From NCBI GenBank assembly GCA_038040265.1, contig JBBPIP010000010.1, forward strand, positions 9,901-73,900: a stretch of DNA of 64,000 nucleotides, read 5' to 3'. This document shows positions 55,782 through 64,000 of the stretch, in pieces. Numbering within the stretch: position 1 is the first letter of the stretch; each line of letters begins with the position of its first letter. The notes beneath the pieces are model-generated. The model was not told where the DNA came from. It made no database searches and worked only from the letters and a program-made list of their open reading frames with translations. Source of the stretch: Chloroflexota bacterium (GTDB lineage Bacteria > Chloroflexota > Limnocylindria > P2-11E). The position numbers were made by a program, and so were the translations under genes.

Positions 55782-56606
55782 CTAGCGCAGTGGCTTCTCC
55801 GACCCGATCCAGCGCAGGTACCGCTCTGCCGACCTCTCGATCGCCCCGATCCCGCCTGAGGGCGTGACGCGATCCCACCAACCGCCGTAGATCCGATCGA
55901 ACCTGTAGGGCCGCACCCGTTCGACGAGGTGACGGATCTCGTCCGCCGGTAGTGGAATGAGATTGGGGTAGCTGCGCATGAAGCTCACGAAGCGGACATC
56001 CGGAACGACGGTGATCGTGTCGCCGACTAGAAGCGCACCGCGGCCCTCCGCGCCGTCCGCCCAATGCAGGACCGCGCTTCCGTCGAAGTGACCGCCGCAC
56101 TGGACGACCGTGACACCGGGCGCGAGCTCTCGCGTGCCGCGCCACGTCACGATCGCGGCATCTTCGCGCTGGACCCACTCGCGATCGGCGACGGGGATGT
56201 AGATCGGTGCTCCACCGAAAGCCTGGCTCCACTCGACCGCCGCACCGTAGAAGTGCGGATGCGAGAACGCGATGCCGCTGATGCCGCCGCGCGCGCGGAT
56301 CGCGGCGACTACGTCATCGTCGATGTACCCGACGCAGTCCCAGAGGACATTCCCGCTCTTCGTTCGCACCAGGAGCGCACGCTGTCCGATGCCGAGCGAG
56401 GGCGTCACGCCCACGCCGACGAGACCGGTCTCGAGCTCGCGCAGCTCGATGCGGTGCCCCATCAGGCGAAGCTCCTCGAGCGTGGTCCAGGCTTGGCCAC
56501 CCTGGCGCACGTACTGCCGCTCGTCCTCGCAGATCGGGCAGTGCCTCGGTGGCGCGACGCTCGGCGACTGCTGCACCGCGCAGGTCGCGCAGATGTACGC
56601 CCTCAC
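55782..56606 (-). CDS. MBL-fold metallo-hydrolase with an N-terminal Cys4 zinc-ribbon
   Basis: GTG at 56606 overlaps the upstream MFS stop (GTGA). N-terminal CATC...CPIC, then a lactamase_B-like core (IAFSHPHFYG, VQCGGHFDGSAVLH). The track ORF extends to 56888. Confidence 0.65.
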   Translation of the reverse strand: MRAYICATCAVQQSPSVAPPRHCPICEDERQYVRQGGQAWTTLEELRLMGHRIELRELETGLVGVGVTPSLGIGQRALLVRTKSGNVLWDCVGYIDDDVVAAIRARGGISGIAFSHPHFYGAAVEWSQAFGGAPIYIPVADREWVQREDAAIVTWRGTRELAPGVTVVQCGGHFDGSAVLHWADGAEGRGALLVGDTITVVPDVRFVSFMRSYPNLIPLPADEIRHLVERVRPYRFDRIYGGWWDRVTPSGGIGAIERSAERYLRWIGSEKPLR

Positions 56607-57859
56607 TCGGCCGCCTGCTCCAACACTTCGTCGGCCGGCGGTTCGTTCAGGTTGTAGCCGCGCAGGGGCGTGAAGTACGTGACCGCGACGGCGAGGAGCG
56701 CTGACGCACCCGCGACGGCGAACGCCGCCGATGAGCTCGCGACGGCGACCACGAAGGCGAGAAACGGAGGTGAGGCGCTGTTCGAGATGAGCACGAGCGT
56801 GCGGAACGCACCGTTCGCCCGCCCACGGATCTGCGCCGGGACCTCGCGCTGCCGCGGCACGAACGCGTAGATGATGAAGCTCATCCACGCGACCTCCCGC
56901 GCGGCGAAGCCGGCGACGATGTAGCGCCAGTCGCGCGTCAGGGACGTCAGCAGCACGACGACGCCGGCCGCCGCGGCCGAGCCCAAGAGGGTGTGGCCGA
57001 GCGGACGTCCCCGCGCGAGCCGCGGCGCGATGAAGCTCGCGAGGACCGTGACGGCGCCGGCGAGCGACAGCGCGAGGCCGATGGTGACCTCGTCGAGGCC
57101 GTTCTCTTCGCGGAGCACGTAGAGGACGAGGGTCTGGATGCCCTGCTGGCCGAGGTTCGCGATGAACATCAGCACGAGCAGCCAGCGGAGGATGTGGTTG
57201 CGGAAGACGAACCGGAAGCCGTCGGCCATCTCATTCGCGAGGTTCCGCGCGGTGATCGCCGCGGTCGGGCGGTGCATGTCGTAGATCGGGGGCATGAGGA
57301 AGAAGATGAAGAGCGTCGGCACAAATGCCAGCGCCGCGATGTACATCGCGTTGGCCGTGCCGAAAGCCGCGATGGCCAGGCCGCCGATCGTCGGACCGAG
57401 GATGCGCGCGGTCCGGTCGATCCCGAAGTACGCCGCGTTCGCGCTCGTGAGCTCGTCGGGCTCGACGAGAGCGGGGATGACGCTGAAGTCCGTGGTCACG
57501 CCCCACGCCACCTCGACCGTGCCGAGGAGAAACCCGATCACGTAGAGCAGGTCGAGCGAGAACACCCCCGCCGCGAATGAGAGCGGGATCGCGAGGGTCA
57601 ACGCGATGCTCAATGCGTCGCACCCGATGAGGAGCTTCCGCTTGTCCGCGCGATCGATGAGGACGCCGAGGATGCCGCCGAAGAACACGTACGGGAGCGC
57701 CTGGACGAGCCGCAGGGCAGCCGCGGCGGCGATCGAGTGCGTCAGGTCCAGGATGAGGAGCGGTAACGCCAGGCGCGCGACTTCATCGCCGAGTCCGCCG
57801 AGGCCGACGGACCCGGAAAAGGCTGCAAACCACTTGTGACGGAGCGGGCCGAGCCGCAT
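56603..57859 (-). CDS. MFS transporter (EntS/YbdA-like, 12 TM)
   Basis: 418 aa. MFS motif A: GVLIDRADKRKLLIG. Confidence 0.85.
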   Translation of the reverse strand: MRLGPLRHKWFAAFSGSVGLGGLGDEVARLALPLLILDLTHSIAAAAALRLVQALPYVFFGGILGVLIDRADKRKLLIGCDALSIALTLAIPLSFAAGVFSLDLLYVIGFLLGTVEVAWGVTTDFSVIPALVEPDELTSANAAYFGIDRTARILGPTIGGLAIAAFGTANAMYIAALAFVPTLFIFFLMPPIYDMHRPTAAITARNLANEMADGFRFVFRNHILRWLLVLMFIANLGQQGIQTLVLYVLREENGLDEVTIGLALSLAGAVTVLASFIAPRLARGRPLGHTLLGSAAAAGVVVLLTSLTRDWRYIVAGFAAREVAWMSFIIYAFVPRQREVPAQIRGRANGAFRTLVLISNSASPPFLAFVVAVASSSAAFAVAGASALLAVAVTYFTPLRGYNLNEPPADEVLEQAAE

Positions 57860-57943
57860 GCTGAGCGAGCATACGAACGAGCGCGGGGTCGCGGCACGCT
57901 GCTTGCGAGGACTACGACCGACTTAGCGCGAGGAGGTTCCTAA

Positions 57944-58126
57944 ATGGGCCAGGTCAACGTAAACCCGGGTGGCGGGACGAGCGACGGTGGTTTTGGTGCC
58001 GGAATGATCATCGGGATCATCCTGCTCATCCTCATCGTTCTTGTTCTCATCTTCTACGCCGGTCCCCAGATCTTTAACTCGGGTACGAACACGAAGTCCT
58101 TCTTAGACATCCTGTCCATCGGTTGA
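57944..58126 (+). CDS. Small membrane protein (60 aa)
   Basis: GAGGAGG sits 7 nt upstream of the ATG. Gly-rich N-terminus, then one TM helix (MIIGIILLILIVLVLIFYAG). Confidence 0.5.
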   Translation: MGQVNVNPGGGTSDGGFGAGMIIGIILLILIVLVLIFYAGPQIFNSGTNTKSFLDILSIG

Positions 58127-58192
58127 TCGCACACACACCATGACTGGGGGTGGCGCCGGGCGTGAGCTCGGCGCCATCGCCATGCTTAGCGC

Positions 58193-58594
58193 GTGAAGCG
58201 CGTTCTGTTCCTCTGCTCCCATAACGCCGCGCGCTCTCAGATGGCCGAAGGCTTCCTGCGCACATACGCGGGCGATCGCTTCTCGGTGCAGAGCGCGGGA
58301 ACGAAGTCGACCGAACTCCATCCCCTCGCCGTCCGTGCGATGCGCGAAGTGGGGATCGACATCTCAGGTCAGCGGAGCAAGTCCGTCGAAGAGGTTGGCG
58401 AAGGGTGGGACGTCGTGGTCACGGTGTGTGACGCCAACTGTCCGATTCCCCCGCGATCCGGCCTGAAGCTTCGGTGGTCGTTTCCCGACCCCGCTCTCGC
58501 CGGTGGCGATGACGACGAGCGCCTCGCGGCGTTCCGAACGGTGCGCGACGGGATTCAGAAAAGGGTGCGCTCGCTGGCGATACGGCTCGGATGA
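58193..58594 (+). CDS. Low-molecular-weight phosphotyrosine phosphatase-family protein (ArsC-type arsenate reductase / LMW-PTP)
   Basis: CX5R P-loop: VLFLCSHNAARSQMAEG. Downstream Cys residues (VCDANCP) are consistent with a thioredoxin-coupled ArsC. GTG start. Confidence 0.75.
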   Translation: MKRVLFLCSHNAARSQMAEGFLRTYAGDRFSVQSAGTKSTELHPLAVRAMREVGIDISGQRSKSVEEVGEGWDVVVTVCDANCPIPPRSGLKLRWSFPDPALAGGDDDERLAAFRTVRDGIQKRVRSLAIRLG

Positions 58595-58730
58595 CTTTCA
58601 GCGAAGCTCAAGTCGTTACATCTGAGGCGACGAGCTTATTTAAGGTCTTTCTGAGTGATCGGCACGGCTAATGCTCGCTCCTTTGGGTGCACCTCTACCG
58701 AGGCGACAACTCAACGGAGGCGAATTGGAA

Positions 58731-58904
58731 ATGCAGGAGAAGAAGGACCAGCCGGGTCAGGGCGACATGGGCGAGAAGAAGCCGTGGCGGCCAGGTGACG
58801 AGGCCGGTAAGCAAGGCGGCGAGGGCGACATCGGCAAGAAGGGCGGCAGCGGTGACGTCGGCGGCGACAAGGTCTCGCCTCCGGGCACCGAGAAGAAGCT
58901 CTAG
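58731..58904 (+). CDS. KGG-repeat small stress-induced protein (YciG-like)
   Basis: GGAGG lies 9 nt upstream of the ATG. MQEKKDQPGQGDMGEKKPWRPGDEAGKQGGEGDIGKKGGSGDVGGDKVS contains KGG/KQGG repeats. The track ORF 58671..58904 starts earlier. Confidence 0.55.
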   Translation: MQEKKDQPGQGDMGEKKPWRPGDEAGKQGGEGDIGKKGGSGDVGGDKVSPPGTEKKL

Positions 58905-59054
58905 TGCAGTCGAAGGATCTGCCCAAGCGTCCGGGTGAATACGGACCGGACGACGTTGGCAACAAGGGTGGAGCTCCGCTCGATAACCCGAGCATCGAAG
59001 GGCCCACTGATGTACCCGACAAGGGCGGCGACGTCAGGCAGCCTCCGGCCTAGT
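58905..59054 (+). CDS. Second small Gly-rich KGG-like protein (49 aa)
   Basis: GTG immediately follows the previous TAG. VQSKDLPKRPGEYGPDDVGNKGGAPLDNPSIEGPTDVPDKGGDVRQPPA. Confidence 0.35.
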
Positions 59055-59087
59055 CCTCGCGACAACTGAATAGCACGTGAAGACGTG

Positions 59088-59122
59088 AGAGCGCCGGCTT
59101 TAACCGGCGCTCTTCGTTTTCT
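59088..59122. terminator. Rho-independent terminator between convergent genes
   Basis: AGAGCGCCGG-ctttaa-CCGGCGCTCT is a 10-bp perfect stem with a 6-nt loop, followed by TCGTTTTCT. Confidence 0.6.
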
Positions 59123-59409
59123 CAGGAGCCGTTGTTGAGTGTGTTGATCGATCCGGTCGTGTCGAGGAGCTGGCTGAAGATCGCGAAGATCGCGTAGCCC
59201 GCGATGAGCGCGGTCACGAAGATCCCACCGACCATCGCGGCGCTGAGCAAGATCGTCTGCCGCGTCGCGGCCCCGCCAGAGAGCTGTTTTTCCATCACGC
59301 GGTACGCGACGCTTCCTATCTGAATTGCGGACCGCGCGACCACAAATACACCAGCCGCGATGCCCGCACCGATAGCGAGCCAGACGAGGATTGCCGCTTC
59401 CACCGACAT
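59122..59409 (-). CDS. Small membrane protein (about 95 aa, 3 TM)
   Basis: Start taken at MSVEAAILVWLAIGAGIAAGVFVV. The track ORF extends to 59592 with an implausible N-terminus. Confidence 0.4.
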   Translation of the reverse strand: MSVEAAILVWLAIGAGIAAGVFVVARSAIQIGSVAYRVMEKQLSGGAATRQTILLSAAMVGGIFVTALIAGYAIFAIFSQLLDTTGSINTLNNGS

Positions 59410-59515
59410 TCCGCTGATTCTGCGTCCAGGGGTAGGGGCTGAGACCTCGCCCACACGGGGGTGTATTGAAATCTGACTAGCGTCGTTCTCAATCCAGATG
59501 CCCCGGAGCCCGTAG

Positions 59516-60148
59516 ATCGTCCAGGACGCCGGCATCACCGGTGAGACGGCAAGAGGCACGCAGCAGCGCGGTATCGACGCTGCGCTCGTCAAAGCCGCCC
59601 AGGCCGGAGATGCCTCAGCGTTCGGCCAGCTCTACGAACGCTATCGCGACCCGGTCTTTCGGTACTGCTTGTCGAGGACCGGCGCGAAACACGAGGCGGA
59701 GGACCTGGTAGCCGACGTATTCATCCGCGCGATGCAAGCGCTCGACAGGTACGAGGACCGTGGCCTTCCGTTCGTCGCGTTCCTCTTCCGGATCGCGCGC
59801 AACGCCGCGATCGACAAGAGCCGGCGCACCCGACCGGACATGTCGATCGACGAGCTCGTGAATCATCCCGAGTCGGGTCAGAACGTCGAGGCCGAGGCCA
59901 TTCGCTCGATCGAGCGGGACGCCCTCTACGGTGCGATGTCAAAGCTGAAGCCCGACTATCGCGAAGTCCTCCTCCTGCGTTTTGTCGAGGGATATGGCGC
60001 GGCGGATGTGGGGCGCATGACCGGTCGCAGCGAAGGTGCGGTGCGCACGCTGCAGCACCGTGCGCTCGATCGCCTTCGCAAGGAGCTCGAGCGGATGGGC
60101 GACCTTTCTCTCTTTGAACGCTGGTCGGGCGCGGACGCGGCCGAATGA
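59516..60148 (+). CDS. ECF (sigma-70 family group IV) sigma factor; start uncertain (non-canonical)
   Basis: Region 2/4 motifs: IDAALVKAAQAGDASAFGQLYERYRDPVFRYCLSRTG..AEDLVADVFIRAMQAL...REVLLLRFVEGYGAADVGRMTGRSEGAVRTLQHRA. The first canonical start (TTG at 59669) would delete region 2.1. The frame is open back to a TAG at 59513 with no ATG/GTG/TTG. Confidence 0.7.
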   Translation: MVQDAGITGETARGTQQRGIDAALVKAAQAGDASAFGQLYERYRDPVFRYCLSRTGAKHEAEDLVADVFIRAMQALDRYEDRGLPFVAFLFRIARNAAIDKSRRTRPDMSIDELVNHPESGQNVEAEAIRSIERDALYGAMSKLKPDYREVLLLRFVEGYGAADVGRMTGRSEGAVRTLQHRALDRLRKELERMGDLSLFERWSGADAAE

Positions 60149-61077
60149 TGCAGGACTCCCTCGCCCGCGCACTCGGCACGCTCAAAGGTGCGCGCATGGA
60201 CGACGTAGCGGCGGACGAGGTGCGCAGGCGCCTCGAGCAGGCCTGGGCCGAGCGCGCGACCCGACGCCGGCCGCGCTTCGTCGTTCCCTGGTTCGCTCGC
60301 ACATTCGTGGTCGCGACGCTCGTCGTCTTCGCAGCGTTCAGCACGATGCGCGCGGCCGCCGACAGCCCGCTGTACGGCGCGCGTGTCGCGGTCGAGGATT
60401 CGCTCGTCGCGTTCCAGTCCGACCCGGTCGGCTACCTGAGCCAGCTCTACGAGGAGCGGCTCGAGGAAGCGGCGCACTTCGAGGCGACCGGCAACGCGCT
60501 CGCCGCCTCACGCGCACACGACGCGAAGACCGAGGCCCTCCGTCTCCTGCATCAGATCTCGCCCCAGCCGGATCCGTCGCCCGAGCCATCGGTGAGCACG
60601 GCGATCACGCTGCCCGCGCCGACACAGACCCCCGAGGCGCCCGCGGCGGCGACCGAGTCGCCCACGCCGGTTCCGACGGCCACGCCGCGCCCGCCGGTGA
60701 TCGCCACGCCGAAGCCCGCGACGCCGAAGCCGGCGACACCCACGCCCAAGCCCACGGCGACCGCCAAGCCCACGGCCACCGCGAAGCCCCCGGCGACGCC
60801 TACGCCGACCCCGATGATCGTTCACGCCACTGGCGAGGTTCTCTACGCAGACGGTTCGCGCGTTGACGGCGGCTGCATTTCAACGGCACTCGACGGTCCA
60901 TGTATCGCGGGCACGATCAACGGAAAGATCGACATACAGCTGACCGCGAAGAAGGGGCAGTCGATCGCGATTTACGTCCGCAACTACGCCGACGGGCGCG
61001 CCGGAACGCTCCGTGGGAAGGTCATCGTCACCGTCGGCGGCACGGAGGTCCTGCTCGGAACGATCACGCTGCGTTAG
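60145..61077 (+). CDS. Putative membrane-spanning anti-sigma factor with Pro/Thr-rich linker and C-terminal beta domain
   Basis: ATGA overlap with the sigma-factor gene. Single TM helix (FVVATLVVFAAF). Linker PTATPRPPVIATPKPATPKPATPTPKPTATAKPTATAKP. Confidence 0.55.
   Translation: MMQDSLARALGTLKGARMDDVAADEVRRRLEQAWAERATRRRPRFVVPWFARTFVVATLVVFAAFSTMRAAADSPLYGARVAVEDSLVAFQSDPVGYLSQLYEERLEEAAHFEATGNALAASRAHDAKTEALRLLHQISPQPDPSPEPSVSTAITLPAPTQTPEAPAAATESPTPVPTATPRPPVIATPKPATPKPATPTPKPTATAKPTATAKPPATPTPTPMIVHATGEVLYADGSRVDGGCISTALDGPCIAGTINGKIDIQLTAKKGQSIAIYVRNYADGRAGTLRGKVIVTVGGTEVLLGTITLR
60700..60815 (+). repeat. Coding tandem repeat (ACGCCGAAGCCNGCG / AAGCCCACGGCNACCGCC units) encoding the P/T/A/K linker
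   Basis: Direct nucleotide repeats are visible: acgccgaagcccgcg-acgccgaagccggcg, and gcgaccgccaagcccacg-gccaccgcgaagccc. Confidence 0.5.
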
Positions 61078-61099
61078 TCAGCACGCGTGCCGGGAACGT

Positions 61100-62446
61100 C
61101 TACTTCGAGGCGAGGTACTCCAGGAAGAGCGCCTCGGCGAGCGTGGACCGCTCCAGATCCTTGAGATCGACGCTCTCGTCCTCGGAGTGGGCGTTCGAGA
61201 ACGGGTCGCCCGCGCCGGTGAGGAGAAGCGTGGCCTTGGGGAAGGCCTTCGCGAAGTCGGCGACGAAGGGGATCGTGCCGCCGGCGCCCATGAAGACGGG
61301 GTCGCGCTCGAATGCTTCCTTCATCGCCCGCCGCATCGCGTCGTACGCGGCGCCCTGCCCCTCGAGCTTGTACGGCTTGCCGGACCCGCGGGGAGTGATC
61401 GACACCTCCGCGCCCCACGGCACGTGCGTGCGGAGATGGTCGGCGAGCGCCTTGAGCGCGGCGTCGGCGTCCTGACCGGGCGGGATGCGCATGGACACGC
61501 GCGCCTTCGCGGACGGCACGAGCTGATTGGTGGACTCGGTGATCTTGGGCGCGTCGATCCCGAGGATCGAGATCGAGGGCTTCATCCACATGCGGTCGGT
61601 GATCCCGCCCTCGCCGATGAGCTTCGTGCCGGGCCGGAGCCCGACCTGTTTGCGAAGCTCTTCCTCGGTGAGGTCGAGCGGGTCGGCCTTCCCTTTCGCG
61701 ATGCCAGCAACAGCGACGTTGCCGCGCTCGTCGTGCAGCGTCGCGAGAGTCTTCGCAAGGACCGTGAGCGCGTCGGGCACGGGGCCGCCGAACTCGCCTG
61801 AGTGCACCGCGTGGTCGAGCGTCCGCACCTCGATGTCGCAGGCGACGATGCCGCGCAGCGAGATCGTGATTCCTGGCTGACCGGGCCGCCAGTTGCCTGA
61901 GTCCGCGAGGATCACCGCGTCCGCGCCGAGCTCAGTGCCGTATTCGTCCAGGAACTTCGCGAGGTTGGGCGAGCCCCACTCCTCCTCACCCTCGACGAAG
62001 ACCGTCACGCCGACGGGCGGTTGCGAGTCGTGTGCCCGCAGCGCGCCTGCGTGCATGACGACACCGCACTTGTCGTCCGAGGTTCCGCGGCCGTAGAGCC
62101 GGCCGTCTTTCTCGATGGGCTCGAATGGCTCGGAGTGCCAGAGATGGCGTCCTCCCGTCGGCTGCACGTCGTGATGCGCGTACAGGAGAACCGTCGGTGC
62201 GCCCGCCGGTCCCGCGACATGCCCGATGACCGCAGGCACACCCTCGATCTCGACGATCTTCGTCTCGCATCCAGCATCGCGGAGGATCTTCTCCGTCGCT
62301 TCGGCCGAACGTCGCAGCTGTGATGGGTCGTGGCCCGGATGGCTGATCGACGGAATGCGGACGAGCGTTTCGAGCTCCGCGCGAATGCGCGGCATGTCCT
62401 CGCTGACTCGGTCGCGCAACGTTACGGACGAAGTTCGTGTCGTCAT
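61100..62446 (-). CDS. M20A-family dipeptidase (DapE/ArgE/Sapep-like)
   Basis: ATG at 62446 (MTTRTSSVTLRD). Motifs: LLYAHHDVQP, GRGTSDDKCG, VFVEGEEEWGSPN. The track ORF extends to 62854 in an implausible N-terminus. Confidence 0.85.
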   Translation of the reverse strand: MTTRTSSVTLRDRVSEDMPRIRAELETLVRIPSISHPGHDPSQLRRSAEATEKILRDAGCETKIVEIEGVPAVIGHVAGPAGAPTVLLYAHHDVQPTGGRHLWHSEPFEPIEKDGRLYGRGTSDDKCGVVMHAGALRAHDSQPPVGVTVFVEGEEEWGSPNLAKFLDEYGTELGADAVILADSGNWRPGQPGITISLRGIVACDIEVRTLDHAVHSGEFGGPVPDALTVLAKTLATLHDERGNVAVAGIAKGKADPLDLTEEELRKQVGLRPGTKLIGEGGITDRMWMKPSISILGIDAPKITESTNQLVPSAKARVSMRIPPGQDADAALKALADHLRTHVPWGAEVSITPRGSGKPYKLEGQGAAYDAMRRAMKEAFERDPVFMGAGGTIPFVADFAKAFPKATLLLTGAGDPFSNAHSEDESVDLKDLERSTLAEALFLEYLASK

Positions 62447-62581
62447 GGAGAAATGCAGAGTACTCCGCCCGCGAGACAGGCGTGTAAAAGCGCTACGCGG
62501 GAGGATCGATTTCGTTGCGGATGCACTCTGGTACCCCGGCGACATTGACCGAAACATGCCGCCCAAATTGAATGCATCGTC

Positions 62582-62824
62582 ATGAAGAACCCCTCTTGGC
62601 CGAAAGCCTTGGCGTTCATTGGCTTCGCGATCTTCGGGCTCGCGCTCGCGTACTACTCGACGGCGATAGCGACCGCCGGTGTGGCGGCGGGGCGATTTGG
62701 GACAGACCGCTCGGGCGACTGGCTCACGACCGGAAGCGCTGTCCTGCTGGTCGGCATTGCAGCCGCCGCAGCGTTCGGCTTCCTCGCGCTCGCAAACGTT
62801 CGCGCGCTCATGCGTCGCGGCTAG
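62582..62824 (+). CDS. Small 2-TM membrane protein (80 aa)
   Basis: MKNPSWPKALAFIGFAIFGLALAYY...LLVGIAAAAAFGFLALA. Convergent with and slightly overlapping the MFS gene end. Confidence 0.4.
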   Translation: MKNPSWPKALAFIGFAIFGLALAYYSTAIATAGVAAGRFGTDRSGDWLTTGSAVLLVGIAAAAAFGFLALANVRALMRRG

Positions 62825-64000
62825 AACTCTCCCTCGCGTTGGGCGCCGGAGCACGATAGGAGACGAGCTCCGGCGCCCACAGCGCGACGAGGCCGACGCA
62901 CGCGACGGTGGCGACCCCTCCCGAAATCACGGCGAACTCGGGTGACACCGCGTCCGCGACCACCCCCGACTCGACCTGTCCCAGGTACGGCCCGCCGAGA
63001 AAGAACATCTGCCCGATCGAGGTGAGCCGGCCGCGGAGCTCATCGGGGACCAGGGTCAACAGGATCGTGTGGCGGAAGATCGCGCTCACCGTGTCGGCCG
63101 CCTGCGCGAGCGCGACGAACACCAGAGCCGGAACGAAGAGACCCTCGCGCATGAACCCGAATCCGACGATCGCGAGACCCCACGCTGCCACGGACACGAG
63201 TACCGCGACGCCCTGGCGGCGGACGCGAGGGATCCATCCGGCCGTCAGAGCGGCGATGAGGGACCCGATGCCTGGCGCCGCGAACAGAAGGCCAAGACCC
63301 TGCGGTCCGACGGCGAACACGCGGTCCGCGTAATACGGAAAGAGCGCGCGCGGAGAGCCGAAGAACGTCGCGAGGAAATCGAGGATGAAGGTCGAGAAGA
63401 GGATGCGGTTGGCCCGAAGATACGTGAGTCCCTCGACGAGTGCGCGCATCACCGGCGCGTGTTCGCGCGGCTGCGCGGGCGGCACGCGCATGGCCGCAAC
63501 GGCTGCGATCGCCACGGCGAAGGACACGACGTCGATCCAGTACGCGCCGGCGACCCCAAAGCTCAGGATGATCACCCCGGCGAATGCGGGCCCGGCGATC
63601 GCGGCCGTCTGGAAGAGGACCTGGTTGAGCGTGATCGCGGCGGGAATTTGATCCCCTCTTACGAGGCTCGGTGTGAGCGATCCACGGGCGGGGCCGTCAA
63701 TCGCGGAGAAGCCGGCGCCGATGGCGGTCATCGCGTACAGGAAGGGCACGCCCGCGACCCCGAGCTGCGTCCCGATCGCGAGGGCCGCGGAGGAAAGCGC
63801 GAGACCGCACTGGGTCAGCAGTAAGAGGCGCCGCCGGTTGAAGCGATCCGCTAGGACGCCACCGAAGAGCCCGAGAGATATCAGCGGGACCGCCTGGAAG
63901 AGCCCGATGAGACCAACGTCCAGCGAAGAGCCCGTGAGCAGATAGATCTGATAGGGGATGGCCACGAGACGCAGCTGCGTACCGGAGAGCGACACGAGCT
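62808..64000 (-). CDS. MFS transporter, partial (N-terminus beyond the window end)
   Basis: 395 aa of open frame reach the window edge. MFS motif A: GGVLADRFNRRRLLLL. Confidence 0.8.
   Translation of the reverse strand, partial: LVSLSGTQLRLVAIPYQIYLLTGSSLDVGLIGLFQAVPLISLGLFGGVLADRFNRRRLLLLTQCGLALSSAALAIGTQLGVAGVPFLYAMTAIGAGFSAIDGPARGSLTPSLVRGDQIPAAITLNQVLFQTAAIAGPAFAGVIILSFGVAGAYWIDVVSFAVAIAAVAAMRVPPAQPREHAPVMRALVEGLTYLRANRILFSTFILDFLATFFGSPRALFPYYADRVFAVGPQGLGLLFAAPGIGSLIAALTAGWIPRVRRQGVAVLVSVAAWGLAIVGFGFMREGLFVPALVFVALAQAADTVSAIFRHTILLTLVPDELRGRLTSIGQMFFLGGPYLGQVESGVVADAVSPEFAVISGGVATVACVGLVALWAPELVSYRAPAPNARESSSRDA

Noticed and set aside
58146-58170. Inverted repeat GGCGCCG-n10-CGGCGCC after the 60-aa membrane protein gene
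   Set aside because: It is GC-only with no following T-tract. It may be a weak attenuator, but I cannot call it a terminator.

Overview
This is a 64 kb fragment of a high-GC (roughly 68-70%) bacterial chromosome. It is densely packed with genes, and short start/stop overlaps and plentiful GGAGG-type ribosome-binding sites point to an Actinobacteria-like or similar Gram-positive high-GC lineage. I found no rRNA, tRNA, CRISPR array, transposase or integrase.

From start to end the window contains:
- a VapB/VapC-like toxin-antitoxin pair (3..623);
- a sugar ABC importer next to a GDE_C-family glycoside hydrolase (670..5960);
- a lipoprotein plus polytopic membrane protein pair (6009..8353);
- a secreted peptidoglycan amidase (9225..10382);
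- an isocitrate dehydrogenase / RidA / malate dehydrogenase operon (10379..12890);
- a nitronate monooxygenase and two tandem alpha/beta hydrolases (13099..15891);
- a large membrane protein built from internal repeats (16004..18403);
- a 13 kb run of co-directional minus-strand genes (18400..31689). It holds a form I carbon-monoxide dehydrogenase cluster (coxM-coxS-coxL-coxG-coxE, two XdhC-like genes and a MocA-like gene; CoxL carries the AYRCSFR active-site loop). Upstream of that cluster sit a lipoprotein, an array of four orphan ClpC-N-domain (Clp_N) proteins, three of them membrane-anchored, and a divergent P-loop protein with a PEP-carboxykinase/HPr-kinase-like core;
- an OpuC-type osmoprotectant ABC transporter followed by a gene run of mostly 4-nt start/stop overlaps, with the RSL-type lectin-repeat protein overlapping the binding-protein gene by about 31 nt and a 9-nt gap before the lipoprotein (31787..40115): an RSL-type lectin-repeat protein, an Lpd-like flavoprotein, a DUF1684 protein, an MFS transporter and a lipoprotein;
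- a cNMP module (40568..48362): an FMO-like oxidoreductase, a stand-alone cNMP-binding protein, and two tandem cyclase/AAA/TPR signalling proteins, the second split by a frameshift;
- an M20D amidohydrolase, an MFS transporter and a MerR-like regulator (48355..51367);
- typA, an intradiol-dioxygenase-like lipoprotein, an MBL-fold hydrolase and an MFS transporter (52414..57859);
- an ArsC/LMW-PTP-like protein, two tandem KGG-type small stress proteins and a clean intrinsic terminator (58193..59122);
- an ECF sigma / anti-sigma pair, an M20 dipeptidase and a partial MFS transporter at the window end (59516..64000).

I would look first at three things. One is the kinase-fold protein sitting next to the Clp_N array. 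The second is that at least four conserved genes have homology that extends upstream of any ATG/GTG/TTG start, which suggests CTG or ATY initiation. The third is the 4-5x internal-repeat membrane protein beside the duplicated hydrolases. The six-frame track also lists many long overlapping ORFs that are GC-frame artefacts; I ignored them.
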